Assembly (NCBI GenBank): GCA_964016885.1
Contig: OZ024760.1
Span: 15,624,001-15,688,000, forward strand
Origin: Eledone cirrhosa
Lineage: Eukaryota
DNA length: 64,000 bases
Reading direction: 5' to 3'
Shown here: in pieces, positions 12,319 to 23,808 of the stretch
Position numbering within the stretch: the first letter of the stretch is position 1
Layout: every line of letters begins with the position of its first letter
Made by a program: the position numbers and the translations under genes
The notes under the pieces: model-generated
Database searches by the model: none
Told to the model about the DNA's origin: nothing
The model's input: only the letters and a program-made list of their open reading frames with translations

Positions 12319-12924
12319 CTATGTGTTTAATATATCTTGTCGCGTTTTTCTGTCAATAACTTTCTCGAAATACTTTGGTTTAATAAATCCATGTTCATCT
12401 CCTTCAGTGAGGATTACATTGTTCTCTGACTCGTAAAATGTCAGTCCTTCTTTTAATGCCAGATTTAGATTTAAATAAATCATTATGTCAGAAGATAATG
12501 GCATCCCGCTAATTACTCCAGCATCACCTGGTTCCCCTCTGGCGAAATGAATGTGCATTCTATTCCGTTTGCTTAGGCCTTCTCTTCTGATGGCATTCCA
12601 CGCACTGTAATAGGTACCATGAATTACATTAGGATAATTCGCTCCGTTTAATATCGGCTTCAAAGATAAATCTTTTATGTGGATTGAATGTCCTTGATTC
12701 GCTCGAATCATTAATTCGTTTCCCTGCTCTTTTAGCGAATATCTTTTCTTTGTGTCGTTTTTCACGATACGCCTGATGTCGTTTTGTGTTAAATTATTAA
12801 ATCCATGTATTTTGAGCAAATCGTTTACTTTAACGAATCCATTACTGTCTATTTGGATGCCTATGTGCTCTGCTTGGTGTCGTAATACAGTTACTAATTT
12901 TTTCGATATTCTAATATCACTCAT
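12319..12924 (-). CDS. TRPT1: tRNA 2'-phosphotransferase (Tpt1/KptA family) paralogue A, 201 aa, uninterrupted CDS
   Basis: Motifs SKxLxxVLRH, KKRY, IRANQGHS, IHGT, GLSKRNRMHIHF, VISGM and SENNVILT. Probable start is MSDIRISK at 12924; the track's upstream extension begins at a non-ATG codon. Confidence 0.92.
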   Translation of the reverse strand: MSDIRISKKLVTVLRHQAEHIGIQIDSNGFVKVNDLLKIHGFNNLTQNDIRRIVKNDTKKRYSLKEQGNELMIRANQGHSIHIKDLSLKPILNGANYPNVIHGTYYSAWNAIRREGLSKRNRMHIHFARGEPGDAGVISGMPLSSDIMIYLNLNLALKEGLTFYESENNVILTEGDEHGFIKPKYFEKVIDRKTRQDILNT

Positions 12925-13125
12925 TTTCTTTCTTGCTCTATATTTCGTAATTGACGACGAAGAGATGGAAATGTAAAGAAAGTTTAAAATATCGAGATAT
13001 ACAAGAGACAGATGAATGGAAGTAAAAGAATTTTGAAAACTAGATAATAATTCAGCTACATCGATTTTATATACAAATAAAATGAAAGTGAAAACGAATT
13101 TTCGTGGAAAATATATATTATTTCC

Positions 13126-13824
13126 GGGCACTACCATACTATTAGCTGTCAAAAGTGAAAATTTCGTCAACCTTCTCAATCGTAAACATCGTTTATTTCC
13201 GTATTTTCACGCGTTATTTTAATAAAGCATATCTATGTAAGTGGAGTTACTTAAATGAAAATTAGAAAACAAGTCATGGTTATCAAATAAATTGGATTTA
13301 ATCATTTATATTTTCATAGTGTTGAACAAATGAGCAACGATGGTTGCTGGACACTGTACGGCTTAATTCGAGATGTTTGTTTACAAACACACCGAGCATT
13401 ATAATAAATGTTCGGTGAATCCATACGTACATATATATGTGTGTGCATGTATGTATATATATATATACTACTGTACGTCTGTATACATATATTTATGTAC
13501 GTATACATACTTATATTTAAGTCATTTTCACCAACAGTGGAATTACTTCTGACAGCTAATACCATGAACTTAAATGAATTTTCACCAACAGTGGGAGTTA
13601 CTTCTGACGGTTAATACCATGAACTATATTTTCATAGTCATGGTTATCAATGTAGAAAACAATTTGGCCCTTTTAAGGGCCACCTATATTTTCATTTAAG
13701 TAACTCCACTTACATCGATATGCTTTATTAAAATAACGCGTGGTAATACGAAAATAAACGATGTTTACGATTGAGAAGTTTGACGAAACTTTCACTTCTG
13801 ACAGCTAATAGCATGTTAGTGCCC
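13126..13824. mobile_element. Foldback/MITE-like element with ~135-bp imperfect terminal inverted repeats
   Basis: 13126-13262 (GGGCACTACCATACTATTAGCTGTC...) is the approximate reverse complement of 13688-13824 (...GACAGCTAATAGCATGTTAGTGCCC). No clear TSD. Confidence 0.7.
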
Positions 13825-14347
13825 CAAATTGTTGTTAATACGGTTAAAATTATATTTATTTACATAAAGTATATTAGTAATGGTAATTTTCAACTGATTT
13901 TTCAATTAATATTAGTTATGGTTCATTAGATATCGTGAAATGAATGTCTTTTCTTTTTACTTTCAATTATGTATGTTTTAAATATTTATTTACTGAATTA
14001 TATAGGAAAGGCACCACCACAAAAGTCCAAAGTTCAAAACATTCTGTATTAAAATGAAAAGGGTAAAAAAGTTATGACACCCTGAATCAATCACACACTA
14101 CAAAAAACACATTTTTTATTTTTTTAAATATAAATCTTTTTTATGTTAAATATGAAAAAATATAAATTTGTTTTTATCGATGTTTTTTTTTAAGAATCTG
14201 GCCTTTTAAATCAGCGAAAATTCAATATTTTTTAGTTAACTGGTGTGGGAAACCCTCGGAGTTCTCTCCCCTAGTTAACTAAAACTAATAATTCTCGGCA
14301 TTTTGATAGCTATTAAACACAGAAAAAAGGCGTTCCTTCCTTTTAGC

Positions 14348-14915
14348 GGTCGCAATAATGAAAGTAAATTTATTTTCATTTTCGAACGTCATGTTTACAT
14401 TGTGTGTGTGTGTTTAAAGGAAACATACTGGCGACGAAGCTTCTTCTTTGCACGGCTCCATGTGTTCACCATGAGCTGTGTGTGCACATCAGGGTCCGTT
14501 GGATCTACAAAGTTCCGTTCGTGCACCACAACATCCTGAACGTAAATCCCACCTTCAATTTCCTCAATTTCCGAATAGGAAGCCCAACCATCGGAGATGA
14601 TGCGGCTGCCTGGCAAAATCCCTGCTGAATGATGGGGACGAGAGTGTCACGGCTTCGATTTGGGAGACTTCTACAAGGCAGCAAAGTCCAGAATGGCGGA
14701 CTCACCATTCTGCAAGCCTCATTACAAGATTACTTCGGTATTGAGTACTCTTCTCTCAACCGTCAACTACACACACACACACATATATATAATCAGTTAA
14801 AACGACAGAGGCTCTGATTTTGTCTTTAATCTCAGTAACTAATTTAGATCTAAACACACACAATGTAAACACGACGTTCGAAAATGAAAATAAATTTACT
14901 TTCATTATTGCGACC
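14348..14915 (-). mobile_element. Merlin/IS1595-like DDE transposase fragment enclosed by ~65-bp inverted repeats
   Basis: PGSRIISDGWASY...VVHERNFVDPTDPDVHTQLMVNTWSRAKKKLRRQY resembles the IS1595/Merlin catalytic region. Inverted repeats at 14348-14416 and 14851-14915. Confidence 0.7.
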
Positions 14916-15290
14916 ATAAAAGTAAGGAAAGCCTACAAAAAATATATTTCACCTCAAAAAGTGGAATTCTAAAAATTTACCAAGAAACCTTAATTAAAAA
15001 AATTCATATAATAAACATAATTTTCAAAAGAGATTAATCAGGTAAAACACAAATGCAATAAAAAAAAAATAACCACCAGTCGACTTTGTTTCCTCATAAT
15101 TATTCTTAGTAATGCGTCATTTGCATATCTTACAGATACCTAGTCGGAGGTGTAGATTACGATCGATTAAAAATAAAGGTTCTCGAGGTTATCTTTGCCT
15201 TTCATCCTTACGGGGTCGATAAAATAAAGTACCAATAATGTAATAGTTTAATTACTGGCCTTGTGCCAAAAGTAGAAACAGCTATTTTCA

Positions 15291-16124
15291 CTAATCCGAG
15301 TCGTCCGAATAGTAAGCTGTTGCACGTGGAATCTTACGACCCCACTTGGCTGCGAAAATAAAACTGCCATCACTTTTCTCTTTCATAATGTATCTGCCTT
15401 TCTTGTCGTTCATCGCGATACGTTGGAGGTCGTCAAAATTGACGTGTTGTAATTCCTTACAGTTAAGCAAGTCTTTTACCTTAACAAACCCTTCGTTGTC
15501 CATAGGTATATTCATTTTCTCTGCTCTACGTCGTAATATCGCCGCTAACAGTTTCGATAAATTAATATCTTTTTTTACACCGGCCGTTTCTGTTTCAAAT
15601 GAATGACCCCACTCTGCCCCTATCATTAACGCACCATGCACAGTTTTCAAACTGAATCTCTTCTTTTTGTCACATTCCACGACATGTTTTATATCGCGAC
15701 AAGAGTAGTTACAAAATTCTCCCCTGCTAAGTAAATCGTCAATTTTCACGAAATGATCCGGGTCCATTTTTAATTCATATCCCTCCGCTCTATGTCGCAA
15801 CACATAAGCTAGTAGTTTAGAGAGATGAACAAGTTTTTTCTCATTGATATGTAAATCACTTATTTTCAAAATATGTTCATCGATTGTATGTCCCCGGTTC
15901 GCCCGAATCATTAGATCACCGTACTTAACTTTCAAACTGTATCTGTTCTTCGGGTCGATTTCCACGATTTTGGTGATATCGTCGTGGGTGACACCTTTAA
16001 ACTCCCTCTGACTAAGCACATCTTTCACTTTCACAAAGTTTTCTGGATCCATTTCTATATTCCTCTCTTTGGCTTTATGTCGTAAGATCTTAACCAACAG
16101 CCTGGATATGTTCTCACTGTCCAT
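15291..16124 (-). CDS. TRPT1-like paralogue B: three tandem Tpt1 N-terminal (RNA) lobes, no NAD lobe, 277 aa
   Basis: Three ~90-aa repeats, each S(R/K)LLxx(I/V)LR(H/R)...MDxxxFVK..DxL...D.KxR(Y/F)...I.AxxG(H/R). No HGT or HIH motifs. Uninterrupted ORF with start context AAAAAAATGG. Confidence 0.85.
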   Translation of the reverse strand: MDSENISRLLVKILRHKAKERNIEMDPENFVKVKDVLSQREFKGVTHDDITKIVEIDPKNRYSLKVKYGDLMIRANRGHTIDEHILKISDLHINEKKLVHLSKLLAYVLRHRAEGYELKMDPDHFVKIDDLLSRGEFCNYSCRDIKHVVECDKKKRFSLKTVHGALMIGAEWGHSFETETAGVKKDINLSKLLAAILRRRAEKMNIPMDNEGFVKVKDLLNCKELQHVNFDDLQRIAMNDKKGRYIMKEKSDGSFIFAAKWGRKIPRATAYYSDDSD

Positions 16125-16765
16125 TTTTTTTGTAATAGGTAGTTGAACAAGGGCAGGTGAAGTTGAAGACGAGAAACTTGTTAGAGGAGGATAAAAAATA
16201 AATCAAATGGTTTGTTACCGCGCAGTCGATATATATATATCTTCTATGTTCAGAACAGAATTATTTATTTATAAAGTGAACTGTTCGCTATCGGATTATA
16301 TATATTTATATAAACTGAAACTAAATTTTCCGGAAATAGAGCTAACACATCTTTAGAAAACGAAATACACACATATACATGAATGCATCCGCACCCAACC
16401 ATGAGTTAAGGGTGCCAACTTCACCGATGTTGCTCAATGAATGACTGGGACAGACCAATCCGGTTGAACCAGACTGAACCAGTATCAGAGTTAAAAATAC
16501 ATTATGAAGAGAGAAGAAACATTTAGATATAATTAGTAATAAAATGTATCATACCTAAACTGCTCCTAGATTCCTCGACTACGTAGTTTCGTGGCATAAA
16601 CAAAAACAATACATCATAAAGATATAGAGTCCTTGCGAGGTCTGCCGACTTATCAAGAGGATACCTCATTTTACTAGTCTCAAGAACGCGTCTCCACAAC
16701 GTGAGAAAGAATCCCAAAAGGCGGAGGGGGAGATAGTCACGCGATATAACGGTCGAGAAACAGAG

Positions 16766-16847
<82 letters not shown>

Positions 16848-17149
16848 ATGATATTAATAAATGGAAACTATATTTATAAAACCATTTATTAATATCATTG
16901 ATATTATACTCCAGAAAATTTGTCGAGTGCTTCGAATCTGTTGTAAATATATATATTTGTTGAATTACCAACAAATTAAATTTGCTTATATGTGTATATA
17001 TATAGAAGTGGTTACACGACAGTTAGTTCACCTAAGGTGAAACAATTGTTCTCGGTATGGTGAACTAACTGTTGTGTAACCACTTCTACCTAACTCGTCC
17101 CATGGACTGAGTGCTCTACCACTAGGGATATTACCTTTCAGTGTTCTAC

Positions 17150-17228
<79 letters not shown>

Positions 17229-17461
17229 TATCGTCTCCCTGTCTTCCTCCGGTTGCAACGTTTTTTGAAATATTCACTTCTGCGTTCACAGATTGACTTT
17301 GTTAGTTTCAGAAGATCCCGTTAAGGGTGAAAGCAACGATTCTTTGCTTAAACTTTAATCTGTTATTTTAATAAATATTTGCTCTGCGGTTCTTATATAT
17401 TTGATATATATTTATCCTTATCGAGCCCTCTTTGGATTTTAGTCTTCAAATTTATTATTAT

Positions 17462-17528
<67 letters not shown>

Positions 17529-17885
17529 TTGTAATAAAATGAAAACGAAATTTCATTTCTCACTCTTAGTACGGCACTTACTTAAATGTAAGTATGTATG
17601 TATACGTACATTCATATATGTATACAGACGTACAGTAGCATGCATATATATATATATATATATATATATAGTATTTACGTATCGAGAAAGAGAGAAAAAA
17701 AGGAGGGATAGGTGATACATATAGTTATTTGCCAAGTAGCGTATGCCAAAGGTGCTCGATACTAGTGCCGGCAGTATTAAATATTCGAAGTGTTAATATT
17801 TAGTGGGCTAGAGAGTTAGCAGAGCGTAAGTACGTGGGAAAGTGAAAAATCGGAGAATAGACCGTTAAAACATGTTTATTGAAAA

Positions 17886-17930
17886 TATCACCGACGTACG
17901 TTTCGCCCAGTTGGGCTTCTCAAGGATATA
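17886..17930 (-). ncRNA. Hammerhead ribozyme motif, U3-A8 core variant
   Basis: AUAUCC-UUGAGAA-GCCCAACUGGGC-GAAA-CGUACG-UC-GGUGAUA; palindromic loop III and a GUC cleavage triplet; stem I is weak. Confidence 0.55.
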
Positions 17931-18902
17931 AACAGTCACAAGTGTTCCTTATATAGTTTGGAAAGAGTTTTGGGGGTTAGATCGACATCAAGATTCATTG
18001 TTCGCAAAAATGTCTTGTTTTGATTTTGCAGCAGGTCAAGGGAGGTAACTCTGGCCGGTGTTAGGGCAGTCTTTCCCGGATAATTTTTGGTATGCAGGGA
18101 TCGTTTTCTGGGTGTTATTTTGCTGCGCCTGCCCGCCGGGGTGTTAAGACTTGTTGCAGGGAGATCCAGTGTGTTATTTCACTCTCCATTCTTAACCCAT
18201 CTAAAGAAGGATATTTTTAAGCGATGTGTACAACTTATCGCTGTTTCAGCTCTGCTGTTGATGAGCTCGTGGGGTGCAGTTATGATGTGGTAGAGCTCCA
18301 TGAGGCAAAGATCGCATTTCCTCTATATATATATATATATATATACATACAGGTACACATACATATATGTACGTAATATATATATAGTGGTGGAACACTG
18401 GAAGGTAATATCCGTAGTGGCAGAGCACTCAGTCCAAGGGACGAGTTAGATAGAAGTGGTTACACAACAGTTAGTTCACCATACCGAGAACAATAATTTC
18501 ACCTTAGCTTTTGTCAAGGCAGAATTCTAGAAGGAAAACTCTGATATAACACCTGCAACCCTGATGGTATCCAATGATGTTGACTTGTTCTTCTTTTTGG
18601 TAAATATCATCTTGGTTAAGAGAGTGGGACTGGCTTTGTGCAGTGCCTTTGCTCACTATAAAAGCTTAACGGCATATGCTTTATATCTGGAGATCTCTCT
18701 GCACTTGTCGTCACATGGTACCATGGGCCCAGCACTATGTGTCAGTAATTGTCACAAGTATAGTGTTTGTACCAGAGTTTTCAAGTCGCTGGCTGGACTA
18801 AAAAGTCACACTCGTTCAGCGCATCGGTAGGGGTTCTCCTACATGGATATAAAGTAGTGACCATACTCGAAAACGAGTTGGCAGCTACCATATATATATA
18901 TG

Positions 18903-18933
<31 letters not shown>

Positions 18934-19083
18934 GTGTGTATATATATATGTGTATATATATATATATATATGTGTGTATATATATATATATGTGTATAGT
19001 AATAATAATAAAATTGAAGACTAAAATCCAAAGAGGGCTCGATAAGGAAAATATATATCAAATATATAAGAACCGAAGAGCAA

Positions 19084-20299
19084 ATATTTATTAAAATAAC
19101 AGATTAAAGTTTAAGCAAAGAATCGCTGAAACTAACAAAGTCAATCTGTAAACGCAGTACTGGATATTTCAAAAAACGTTGCAACCGGAGGAAGACAGGA
19201 AGACGATACTTTGGTTCATGGTGACGTTCGCTGGCAAAGAACGGGAAAAAACGAATAATACGTCATTAATAGGAGCGGTGAAAAACAATTACGCACAAAG
19301 ACAGAACCACGTTTATGGTATAAAAGAGGTCGTAGACTAATGTTCTCTAAGTGGTGCATAGAGACGTTCTCTGGCAATGAACGAAAAAACGAAGATAATA
19401 AGTCATATGTGGAGCGTGGAGAACAATAGCACGCAAAGACAAAACCACGTAAATGGTATAGCAGAAGTTGTAGACTAAAATTCTAACTAGGAGACCGAAT
19501 GAATCTCCGCTACAGAGTTAAGAACAAAGTAAATAAATACAATACTGAAGTAATAGAAACAAATAAATACATACGCGCAAACAGATACGTACATACACAA
19601 GCATACGCTAAACCTTACCATAGGTATACAAAACCACGCACATATAAATATGTGTATGTGTGTATGCTTGTGTACAAATAAATAAATAATTATATAAACG
19701 TATATAAGTAAATAAATACGTATATAACAAGTGCACACACATACCTACGTGTATGTATATATATATGTATGTATATATATATATGTATGTATATATATAT
19801 ATATGTTTGTATATATATATATATATATATGTATGTATATATATATATGTATGTATATATATATATATGTATGTATGTATATATATGTATATATATATAT
19901 ATGTATGTATATATATATATATGTATCATTTACGTGGTTTTGTCTTTGCGTGCTATTGTTCTCCACGCTCCATATATGATGTATTATCTTCGTTTTTTTC
20001 GTTCATCGCCAGAGAACGTCTCTATGCACCACCTAAGAGAACATTAGTCTACGACCTCTTTTATACCATAAATGTGGTTCTGTCTTTGCGTGTAATTGTT
20101 TTTCACCGCTCCTATTAATGACGTATTATATTCGTTTTTTCCCGTTCTTTACCAGCGAACGTTACCACGAACCAAAGTATCGTCTTCCTGTCTTCCTCCG
20201 GTTGCAACGTTTTTTGAAATATCCACTTCTGCGTTTACAGATTGACTTTGTTAGCAGCGATTCTTTGCTTAAACTTTAATCTGTTATTTTAATAAATAT
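19084..20299. repeat. Large foldback with ~375-bp inverted arms around a (TA/TATG)n core
   Basis: 19084-19460 is the approximate reverse complement of 19924-20299. A third partial copy lies at 17228-17465. Confidence 0.85.
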
Positions 20300-20676
20300 A
20301 TGTATATATATATATATATATATGTATGTATATTTATATATATGTATGTATATAGATATATATGTATGTATGTGTATATATATATATATATGTATGTATG
20401 TATATATATATATATGTGTATGTATATATATATATATATGTATGTATGTATGTATATATATATATGTATGTATGTATATATATATGTATGTATGTATATA
20501 TATATGTATGTATATATATATATATGTATGTATATATATATGTATGTATGTATATATATATATGTATGTATATATATATATGTATATATATGTATATATA
20601 TATATGTATGTATATGTATATATATATGTATATATATGTATGTATATATATATATGTATGTATATATATATATATA

Positions 20677-21229
20677 TCATCATCATCATCATCATCATCA
20701 TTTTACGTCCGCTTTTCGCTGCTTGCAAGGGTGGGACGGGTCTTATTCAGCACAGCATCTCTCCACTCGTCACGGTCCCTCGTCATCTCCACCGTGAGCT
20801 TCAATGATCTGAGGTCTGTTCTCACCACCTCCGCCCATGTTTTTCGTGGTCTACCTCTACCACGTCTTCCTTCAACTGGCATTTCCTGGCACTTCTTCAC
20901 CCATCGGTCATCCTCCATGCGCATCACATGTCCATACCACCTCAGTCTCCTCTCCCGTACACTACATTCTATCCCTCTCAGACACAGTTTCTCTCTCAAC
21001 ACATTTATGCTGGGTCGTTCACGCACATTTACACTGCACATCCAACGGAGCATGCTTGCCTCATTTCTCTCCAGCCGTCGCATATCTTCTGCGGTAGCTG
21101 CCCATGTCTCACTACCATGCAGCATCGCGCTCCTCACACAGGCATCATACAACCGGCCTTTCGTACGCAGGGAGAAACCCTTCTTCGTCAACAGAGGAAG
21201 CAGCTCCCTAAACTTCTTCCAACCCGTCC

Positions 21230-21230
<1 letters not shown>
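20677..21230 (-). mobile_element. RTE-clade LINE 3' fragment with (GAT)n tail
   Basis: [17 protein letters not shown]...[20 protein letters not shown]...[12 protein letters not shown]. Further copies at ~29870-30150, 43560-43860, 48270-48600 and 62005-62400 (+). Confidence 0.88.
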
Positions 21231-21268
<38 letters not shown>

Positions 21269-21321
21269 ATATATATATATATGTATGTATGTATATATGT
21301 ATGTATGTATATATATGTATG

Positions 21322-21353
<32 letters not shown>

Positions 21354-21435
21354 TGTATGTATATATATTTATGTATATATATATATGTATGTATGTATAT
21401 ATATATGTATGTATATATATATGTATGTATATATG

Positions 21436-21466
<31 letters not shown>

Positions 21467-21580
21467 GTATATATGTATGTATGTATGTATGTATATATAT
21501 ATATATATATGTATGTATATATATATATATGTATGTATATATATATATGTATGTATGTATATATATATATATGTATGTAT

Positions 21581-21614
<34 letters not shown>

Positions 21615-21683
21615 GTATATATATCTATGTATGTATGTATATATATGTATGTATGTATATGTATGTATGTATATATATATATG

Positions 21684-21715
<32 letters not shown>

Positions 21716-21788
21716 TGTATGTATGTATATATATATATATGTATGTATATATATGTATATGTATGTATATATATATATATGTATGTAT

Positions 21789-21823
<35 letters not shown>

Positions 21824-21907
21824 GATATATATATGTATATATATATATGTATGTATATATGTATGTATATGTATATATATATGTATATATATATATATAT
21901 ATGTATG

Positions 21908-21957
<50 letters not shown>

Positions 21958-22137
21958 TGTATGTATATATATATATATGTATGTATATATATATGTATGT
22001 ATGTATATATATATGTATGTATGTATATATATGTATGTATGTATATATATATATATGTATGTATGTATATATATATGTATGTATGTATATATATATGTAT
22101 GTATGTATATATATATATGTATGTATGTATATATATG

Positions 22138-22169
<32 letters not shown>

Positions 22170-22301
22170 TATGTGTATGTATGTATATATATATATATGT
22201 GTATGTATGTATATATATATATATGTATGTATGTATATATATATATATAGAGAGAGAGAGAGAAATTACATGAATCAAAGTTCTGTTCAAACCATTTATT
22301 A

Positions 22302-22346
22302 GCTTACAATTGTTTCATCCAAACCGAGGTTTGGTGTCTTCGGAGC
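22302..22346 (-). ncRNA. Degenerate minimal hammerhead motif (U4 changed to C)
   Basis: GCU-CCGAAGA-CACCAAACC-UC-GGUUUGGAU-GAAA-CAAUUG-UA-AGC. Confidence 0.5.
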
Positions 22347-23009
22347 AATTTTTCAATGATTGTTTACATACTTGACCTCCTTTCCAACACAAGAGACATA
22401 CAGAAACATATGTATATATTGATGCACAGTGGGGTGACATCCATTATAATATTTAAGCATGGCAATTTACATTTAAAGATTAAAGTCATATTAAAAGAAA
22501 ATTACAACAAAATTAAAGTTATCATACAACATTGGCAGTCTATGAAGATGATGCAGGAGGATAGTTAGAAGTAGTTAGTTACACGTGTGTCCTATTTATA
22601 TAAGAATATAGTGCGGTAAGGTGTTATATGGAATATAAGCACTTTAAGCGGGCAATCTAGAGTATTATGGGGGTTGTATAGTATTTTATATGTATGATAT
22701 AGAAGCTTGTGTGCAGAGAAATATTTAAAGTATTAAGAATGAGAGGCAAAACAGTGTTATGGTTTTTTAACAGTGTTATAATTTCTACATAACTGCTCTG
22801 TAGAACAACTGATGTTATTACATTGAGCTATTTATCTTACTGGTAATAAGGTAGTCATAAATTACTGTCTTTCACTGTTTACCAGTGCATTACTGGTACT
22901 TTATTTTAACGACCCCCCGTAAGGATAAAAGGCAAAATAATATATATATAATCTATATACAATTATAAATCCGAAAGGGTAATATTTTGTATTACCTAAT
23001 TACTAGTAA

Positions 23010-23038
<29 letters not shown>

Positions 23039-23042
<4 letters not shown>

Positions 23043-23148
23043 AACAAGTAAGACCCCGACGGCTGAGCTCAAGCCGTTTCGACGGCTAATTCCAGAATTA
23101 GCCGTCGAAACGGCTTGAGCTCAGCCGTCGGGGTCTTACTTGTTCCTA
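23039..23148. repeat. Perfect palindrome with 54-bp arms and a 2-nt spacer; part of a dispersed repeat
   Basis: TAGGAACAAGTAAGACCCCGACGGCTGAGCTCAAGCCGTTTCGACGGCTAATTC-CA-reverse complement. Related copies at ~7645-7790, ~49975-50050 and ~63335. Confidence 0.9.
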
Positions 23149-23743
23149 TTACCCACTCTACTACCCTAAGTATTGAGTACTTTGGTGCGTTATGGTCCAC
23201 CTGGTTCTTTACCACACCTCCTTCGTTATATATATATATATATTTGAAATGTTGAGAAGTGACACACGAGTTGATATATATTAGTAAAATAAGAAAAACA
23301 GTAGAAAATGCTAATGGGATTTTCTCATAGAATAAGAGCAAGACATTGGTGGCTTGAAATAGAAGCACCATGGAGGAGAGAAAGCGATAAACGAAAATGT
23401 GAACTCATTTATATCTATATGTATGTAGGCCATGTTCTAATTATCATACACTTCTGTAGAATGAATGAAGCCTACAACGTTTGGCTGAAGCCAGTACGAT
23501 GAATTTCTTTTTTGTAAATAAATGTTATGCTGTTGTTCTATGAGAAAATCCCAATTAGCATTTTCTACTGTTTTTCTTATTTTACTAATATATATATATA
23601 TATATGCACACAATATATTAATAAATGGAAACTATATTTATACACTATTTGTGTATTATTCTATGTACTATACATACACCTTTGACGAGTTGTAGTGCAC
23701 CTGAGCACTTTACACAATAATTTCATTTCATTATTATTATAAT

Positions 23744-23808
23744 TATTCTATTATATATATTTCAAGGGCAACCAAGGCAGTCTTGGTGCGCTTTCATCAG
23801 ATAAAATA
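23744..23808 (-). ncRNA. Minimal type I hammerhead ribozyme motif (family A, copy 4)
   Basis: UAUUUUAU-CUGAUGA-AAGCGCACCAAG-ACUGC-CUUGGUUGCCCUU-GAAA-UAUAUA-UA-AUAGAAUA. Confidence 0.72.

Noticed and set aside
12925-13179. 85-aa N-terminal extension of TRPT1-A in the ORF track
   Set aside because: Begins at a non-ATG codon inside a foldback element, is low-complexity and AT-rich, and has no counterpart in Tpt1 proteins.
12925-15340. Splicing of TRPT1-B (GTAAGA near its end) onto TRPT1-A to restore a NAD lobe
   Set aside because: The candidate donor is phase 1, while the TAG acceptor just upstream of the copy A ATG needs phase 2; the join hits a stop. Other junctions cannot be excluded without RNA data.
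20276-22302. Long ORFs (up to 646 aa) rich in Y/I/M/C/V, and similar ORFs throughout the window
   Set aside because: Translations of (TA)n/(TATG)n microsatellites that happen to lack stops; not genes.
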